Made by a program: the position numbers and the translations under genes. DNA of 64,000 bases from Phoronis australis (Eukaryota > Animalia > Phoronida), in the NCBI GenBank assembly GCA_002633005.1, contig NMRA01000028.1, positions 669,726 to 733,725 on the forward strand, given 5' to 3'. The notes beneath the pieces are model-generated. The model was given only the letters and a program-made list of their open reading frames with translations, was not told the origin of the DNA and did no database searches. Of this stretch, positions 58,283 through 64,000 are shown in pieces. The stretch's first letter is position 1; every line of letters starts with the position of its first letter.

Positions 58283-59083
58283 CTAATTCCATGCAACTTG
58301 AAAAAATTGTCATGTTGAAAGAGCATCATATGAGAACAGCATTTTGTGTTTTTAATAGAAATGTTGCAGAAAGAGTAATTTTAATACAAAGCCAGCTTGG
58401 TGACTTCTCAGTCTGTATGAGATTTAAGTAACAAACAATGTTTAAAATCACACTACAAAATTTATTTTACATTTTGAACAAAATAACAAAAACACAAACA
58501 TGGCAAAGTACAAAAATGGAAAACCACAATAAAATAATAGTCAGACCATTCGAGTAACTTGTAAACAAGCAGTGAAACAATCATAACACAGAAAATTAAA
58601 ATCATTGACTTCGTTTTAACAATTAAATTACATGTGTTCTAAAGATAAACATACACACCCTCATCAGTTATTAATGAAATTTTCAAGCTTTTTCAAGCCA
58701 CATCAAGCTTTACTGAGCCAAGTTCAAGACATGCATGTCTAAAATAACATTTAAACATTAAATAGGCACTAACACATGCACGCACATTTATGTCAAGATT
58801 TTACAATATTAGGAATGAGAAAATAAGAATGATTAACAAATGAAGTTGACATCTATTCTGGTTTTCTAACTGACGCACCGCTAGGATTCATCACAGAAAC
58901 GGGGTGCATCTGCAACTACTGAAAGATTGAGATTCAAAGACGAGTTATTCTCACACTTATAAGTTATGCTTTATAACATATTCATCAAACAGTCAGAAAG
59001 GTATAAAACAAACACTGTAGTAGCAAATGTATAAACCAGTCGGTGTCTTGGTCAGTGTATTTTCATTGCATTGAACTGCTTGG

Positions 59084-59145
59084 ATTGCACAAAGGACCAG
59101 GTCTATTGCACAAAGGACCAGGTCTATTGCACAAAGGACCAGGTC
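59084..59145. repeat. 21-bp triplication in CDC20 proximal 3' UTR
   Basis: ATTGCACAAAGGACCAGGTCT x3, about 15 nt after the stop codon. Confidence 0.92.
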
Positions 59146-59160
59146 ACGCTTGTTCAGCTC

Positions 59161-62100
59161 CTATCTAATTCCACCTCTGTGAAGCATTGAAAGGCTCGAC
59201 GAGTCTTTGGCTTTAGCAACTTGGCCCTTCTTTGACTTGTCTGTTGCGAAACATTTCCAGAGTCGAATAGTTTCATCAGCTGCAGCACTAGCCACAGTAC
59301 TGCCATCTGGGGACATTTTCAGAGACAAAACACGCGAAGTGTGACCTAAAAAATAGAGAGAAAGTAAGAGTGGTATAATTAAAAAGAAAGTGCCTGAAGG
59401 TGGCATTGCGTGAGTATATCTAAACTACAATATTATGTTGGCACATATTTCAATGGCAAGTCTTGATTGGCTCACGAAATCCCAGCTTCTAATATACAAA
59501 CTCACACTCACCTCAAACTTAACCAATCACACTGCATGATACAAGTTCAACTTTATCTAAAGTGTACCAAATCAATTGAGTTGACATTTGAGTTCGCATA
59601 TTAAAGGCTTGGCCCAAGTGCACAAACTAGCCAACTGAATAACAGGTGAAACTAGAGCCTGTCTGTTAACTGTAGTGGAAATAAGATGGACCCAGAGTCT
59701 GTCTCCTAACTATAGTGGAAATAAGGTGAAGCCAGAGTCTGTCTGCTAACTATAATAGATAGAAGATGGAATCTGAGTCTCTGCTAACTGTAGTGGATAA
59801 CAAATGGAGCCAGAGTCTGCCTACTAACTGTAGTGGACAACAGGGCCAAAGTGCTAACTCTCAGCTGTCAGCTGGCCTGCACTCATGCTTGATCAGCACA
59901 TCAGTGCCAGGTCCAGGGACAAAAGACCTTTAATACTAGAGAATTGACTCAAAAACCGACCATTCACATTGCCTTCAAAGGGCATCAAGTGATTCTTAAA
60001 TTTTCAAGCCATGTCTTCATTACATAAGTTTGACAGTTTGGTGGTCTCGGGGCCCAAGTCAGCATGGCACAAGGCAGGCATGACTTACCAGTGAGGTCAG
60101 TGACCTTGTTCATATTGGGGTACTTCCAGATGGAAAGCTGGTTCTGTGAGTAACCATGGCCAGAGATTAGTTCTTTGTGTTCCTTTGACCACAGTATGGC
60201 ACAGACCTGGGACAGCATAGACAAAGATGATGGAAATCAGAAAGTGGAGGGTCCTAAAAACCACGTACATGTGATGACAGCTCAAGTTTGATTGCCCGAC
60301 TGTCAAATTTAAACACTTCAAATTCGAAATTGCCATACATTTGCTGTTTCCATTGCATTTTGCAGTTGATCACTTATTTAGATGGGCTTTTTGATGGCAA
60401 ATTAGGTTTTATTTATTTTAGATTTGTCAACCACACAATGCTCAATTGATCGAACATGTTATGAATCTCAACCACATACCTCCACCGGCTGTTGACTTAT
60501 GACTATTAGTCTTTGTTTAAGTTCTAGCAAGTCACCTGTGAGTTTGTATCCACACTCTGTACAACAGCACCAGTGTTAATGTTCCAGAAACGAATGTGAC
60601 GATCAGCTGTACCTCCACCACTGGCCAATAGGGTGGGCTGCCAAGGACACCAGGAGAGAGCCTGTTGCAATACGAGACATTTGAATTTGGTAAAGTCTAT
60701 TTCCAGAAAGAATTTGACTTATCATGGCCTCAGTGGTTACATAACAGTGTCATCACACCATTACAATGTTGGACAATCCAAAGATAAAATTCATCCAGAG
60801 AAAAATTTTTCAAGTACATCAAACCTGTTTACCTGCATACACCAACTTCCCTTTACGTTTCAACTTTAGGAGAATTCCCCGACTTACAAGTGGTATATAC
60901 AGTGTTCTCCTCGTGCATCTCAAATTATGATCACCCTGCTCCGGTCTCAATAACTTCCACACTCACATCCCGCTACAGTACAGAATCATGTTTTGAGTAA
61001 ATAATGTTCTTGTTTCATTACTGAATTTGTAAAATTTCTTGCCACTACATGATGAATACTGCGCAATGTAAACATTTCTGTACTATTTTTGCACAAACTA
61101 AAGATAAGTACACAAGTACATTATGGTTTATGTGAATGGATGTCCAATTAGATTTCACATCTCAGATGGTATTTTTGGGACATCGAGTGGTCCAGAAACC
61201 CACCTGTGTAAATCATAATATAATAGAGAACACAATAGACTATTACGTATCTTGAGTCCTTACTAAGGTGTGCCAAACATAATTTGGAGTTTGAAGATTA
61301 GAACCCAGGCTCTGTTTAGATTATTGGCACAACTTGACCACTTCGCAACTGTCTCACCTTGACTGCTGCCTGGTGGTGGGTGAATGTGTGCAGCGGCATG
61401 ACCTCTGACCCCAGTGTGTTGTCCCAGATGTTGAGGAGGTTATCATTGCCACCACTGGCCAGGTAGCGTCCATCAGGGGACCATGCCAGGCCACACACCT
61501 CCTGTGAATGTGCTGACAGTGTACACACATGGTGGTTAGCGACACGGACGTCATGGTGGTGGACAGTGCCAGACCTTGAACCACTGGAAAGTACGGTCAA
61601 CATGGGAACACAGGCAACAGTTAGGGACAGAGTCTGAGGTGAACCTTGAAAACACAGGCAAAAGTTGGAGACAGTGAGGGCATGAGAGCTTCTTTTTCAC
61701 TAAAAGTTATCTAATAGTGTACTGAAAAGTAGGGACGAAAAGCAATTGCATTAGACCCATTCACATGCACACGCTCACCGTGTAAATACCCGCGTAAATA
61801 CTTGTTAACTCACTATTCTCCATTAGCATTATTCTTACTTGCATGTGAATGCTCAGAATATCACTTTTCTGCTGTGTGGGTAAATTACTGCTAACAACTG
61901 TGTTATTTCAGATACGCCGTGAACATCAAACAAAACAATTTTGCTACGGAAATCCTCACTTCACGCTAGCCACATTTCCGAGGAGTGGACTGAAAAATCC
62001 ACGCGCTTCTTGATCTTTTTGTTGAGCAAGTCCCAAGTCTCTGAAGGGCTGTCCAGAACAAGGATGGATAGTGTGATGTATGCCCAATGGGCGAAAAGAC

Positions 62101-62848
62101 TAGAAGTAATTTATTGTGTGTTTTCAGTGTTTTTAGAGGATTTAAACTGCTGCCGGTGAACTGTCACATTTGCCCCAGGGAGTGAATCCACAACGGGTTT
62201 AAGACAGCAGTTTTTATGAATTCTTTACCAATTTAACTCAGTTGGTGTTAGATTTGATGCTACAAGAGCAGTAGTTACCAAAGTCAACTTAACAGGAGTG
62301 CCCCAGAAAAGCAATTCATTAACAGAAACTGAACACATGAGCTCCCGTTAACGAAGTTACTAGTGAATTTAGGTAAACAATACACTGGTTTCTCAGTTAG
62401 GCATGGGGCTATTAACTTGAAAGTAGTCTACGAGGAAAACTAATCATAATGAAGAAAAGCAACTATGTTCATTCCACAGAATGGTCAACATAGAAAACCC
62501 AGCTATATTCTGAAGACCAAGGGTAACGGACAATGTACTGTCAAGTGCATCTGTCTAAGAGATGTCTTGTTTTGATCTAAAATGGGTAATGGGCACTTTC
62601 AAGGGCCCAGACTCTGGGAACCAGTTTGATGCCCGTTATTCAGTGGAAAAAACTGGTTCTCAAAATACGGAACCCCTGTAAGTGACTGTTACCTTAAAAT
62701 TGGTATTAAGACTAGGCTGATGACATAACTATGATGGCAAGACTTGACAATACCTAGAGAGGATGTAACTGTTCCATGACAGACTGCCCACTCTACTTGC
62801 GTGACCACCCATCGTCCGAATGAGCTTTTGTTGCGACACATCCCATAA
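59161..62848 (-). CDS. CDC20: Cell division cycle protein 20 (APC/C activator), last five exons; 5' part beyond the right edge
   Basis: Exons 62848-62754, 61583-61358, 60661-60536, 60206-60089, 59345-59161. Translation [141 protein letters not shown]. It has the C-terminal IR tail and CDC20 rather than FZR1 residues. Confidence 0.96.
59640..59840. repeat. Degenerate ~42-bp tandem repeat in CDC20 intron
   Basis: AGAGTCTGTCTGCTAACTGTAGTGGA.A.AAGATGGA, ~5 copies. Confidence 0.85.
62500..62668. repeat. Segment duplicated at 63831-64000, including a family D MITE
   Basis: CAGCTATATTCTGAAGACCAAGGGT...AAACTGGTTCTCAAAAT is nearly identical to the sequence right after the N at 63830. Confidence 0.9.
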
Positions 62849-64000
62849 CTGAAATAACAAATATTTTGAGTAAAATGAATTCATTCACACATAATAAATG
62901 CACAGCTTAACATGAAAAGAATCTTATGTTGACACCCTAACCGTACCTCAGAATCTGCAGGTTTAAATCAAAAACACCATGCTGTTGTGGGTAATTAAGT
63001 CACCTCGGGCTGCTGATTCTAGTAGACTCAAGATAATGAGACCACCATAAACACATTGGGGGAGACAATAATATTTTAAGTTTTCATTTTGAAAGATTAG
63101 AAACAGCCTATTTGAATAGTTTGTGAAAAGCACACGTGACTAGGTTTTCGAATTTTGAAAATTGGATAAGAAGTATGACTTTTATAACCTAAAACTTTTG
63201 GTTTGATGCTGCAAAAATATGTTCCTCTTTAATTCTGCTGAGTGTGCAACATAATTGTGCCAGTTACCAAACCACCACGCAACAGTTCCATTTTGAGGTA
63301 GCTGAGTGTCATCATACAATTCTTGGCACGAAAAGATTGTAAAGCCACATTTATGTATCAGTCAAAAATTGTCGCAGATAAAAAATTTCAGTTATTGGGT
63401 TCCTTTTTACTTTCACTTAATTTACACTGTCGTCACTTTTGCTTTCGTACACACTGACTTCAGGCCTCTGATTTCACATTAACATTGTACCAGTTACACA
63501 GCCACCATGTTAGAGTATGATCTCATATCCCAGTGAGTGCATGTGTAGGAGTAGTTCAGAAAATTAACCATTATGTAATACACCCCCAACATGAGGAATT
63601 GTAGTAAACATGTTTGTTCACTATATCCTGTTATGATTCATGTATGTCACTATATAAGTGTATGATCGCATGGATTGTAACAGACTCAGTAGTATCAGCA
63701 GAAGAGTATGTAATAAAACTATTATCCTCCTTCAGACTAGTATTATCCTTGGACCGCGTTCTCGCACTGTGTCGCGCATTCAACGTTCCTAACCGAACAG
63801 AATGCCTTTCACTGCTAGCACATCAACAGNCAGCTATATTCTGAAGACCAAGGGTGAGGGACAATGTACTGTCAAGTGCATCTTTACTAAGAGATGTCTG
63901 CTTTTGATCTAAAATGGGTAATGGGCACTTTCAAGGGCCCAGACTCTGGGAACCAGTTTGATGCCCGTTATTCAGTGGACAAAAATGGTTCTCAAAATGC

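Overview
AT-rich eukaryotic genomic DNA from an invertebrate animal; the repeat types suggest a marine lophotrochozoan such as a mollusc, but the taxon cannot be fixed from sequence alone. Most ORF-track entries are spurious. Manual splicing gives six intron-rich genes: IK/RED (-, 5' part, runs off the left edge); HMMR (+, 20 coding exons, ~1179 aa, head-to-head with IK across 208 bp); a strongly divergent SLC18/VMAT-family transporter (+, 12 exons, ~459 aa); CLNS1A/pICln (-, 6 exons, ~204 aa); UGDH (-, 10 coding exons, ~475 aa); and CDC20 (-, last 5 exons, runs off the right edge). Introns and intergenic DNA hold many non-autonomous transposons: hAT-like MITEs with 5-, 6- and 8-bp target duplications, a Tc2/pogo-type element, Helentron/HINE-like elements, a probable Sola2 relic, a Penelope fragment bracketed by two hammerhead-ribozyme motifs, and minisatellites. 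The best leads are the SLC18 paralog with a rewired charge network, the hammerhead in an HMMR intron, the CCAAT plus CDE/CHR bidirectional promoter, and the non-8-bp-TSD hAT MITEs. All protein comparisons are by-eye alignments to human sequences recalled from memory, not database searches.
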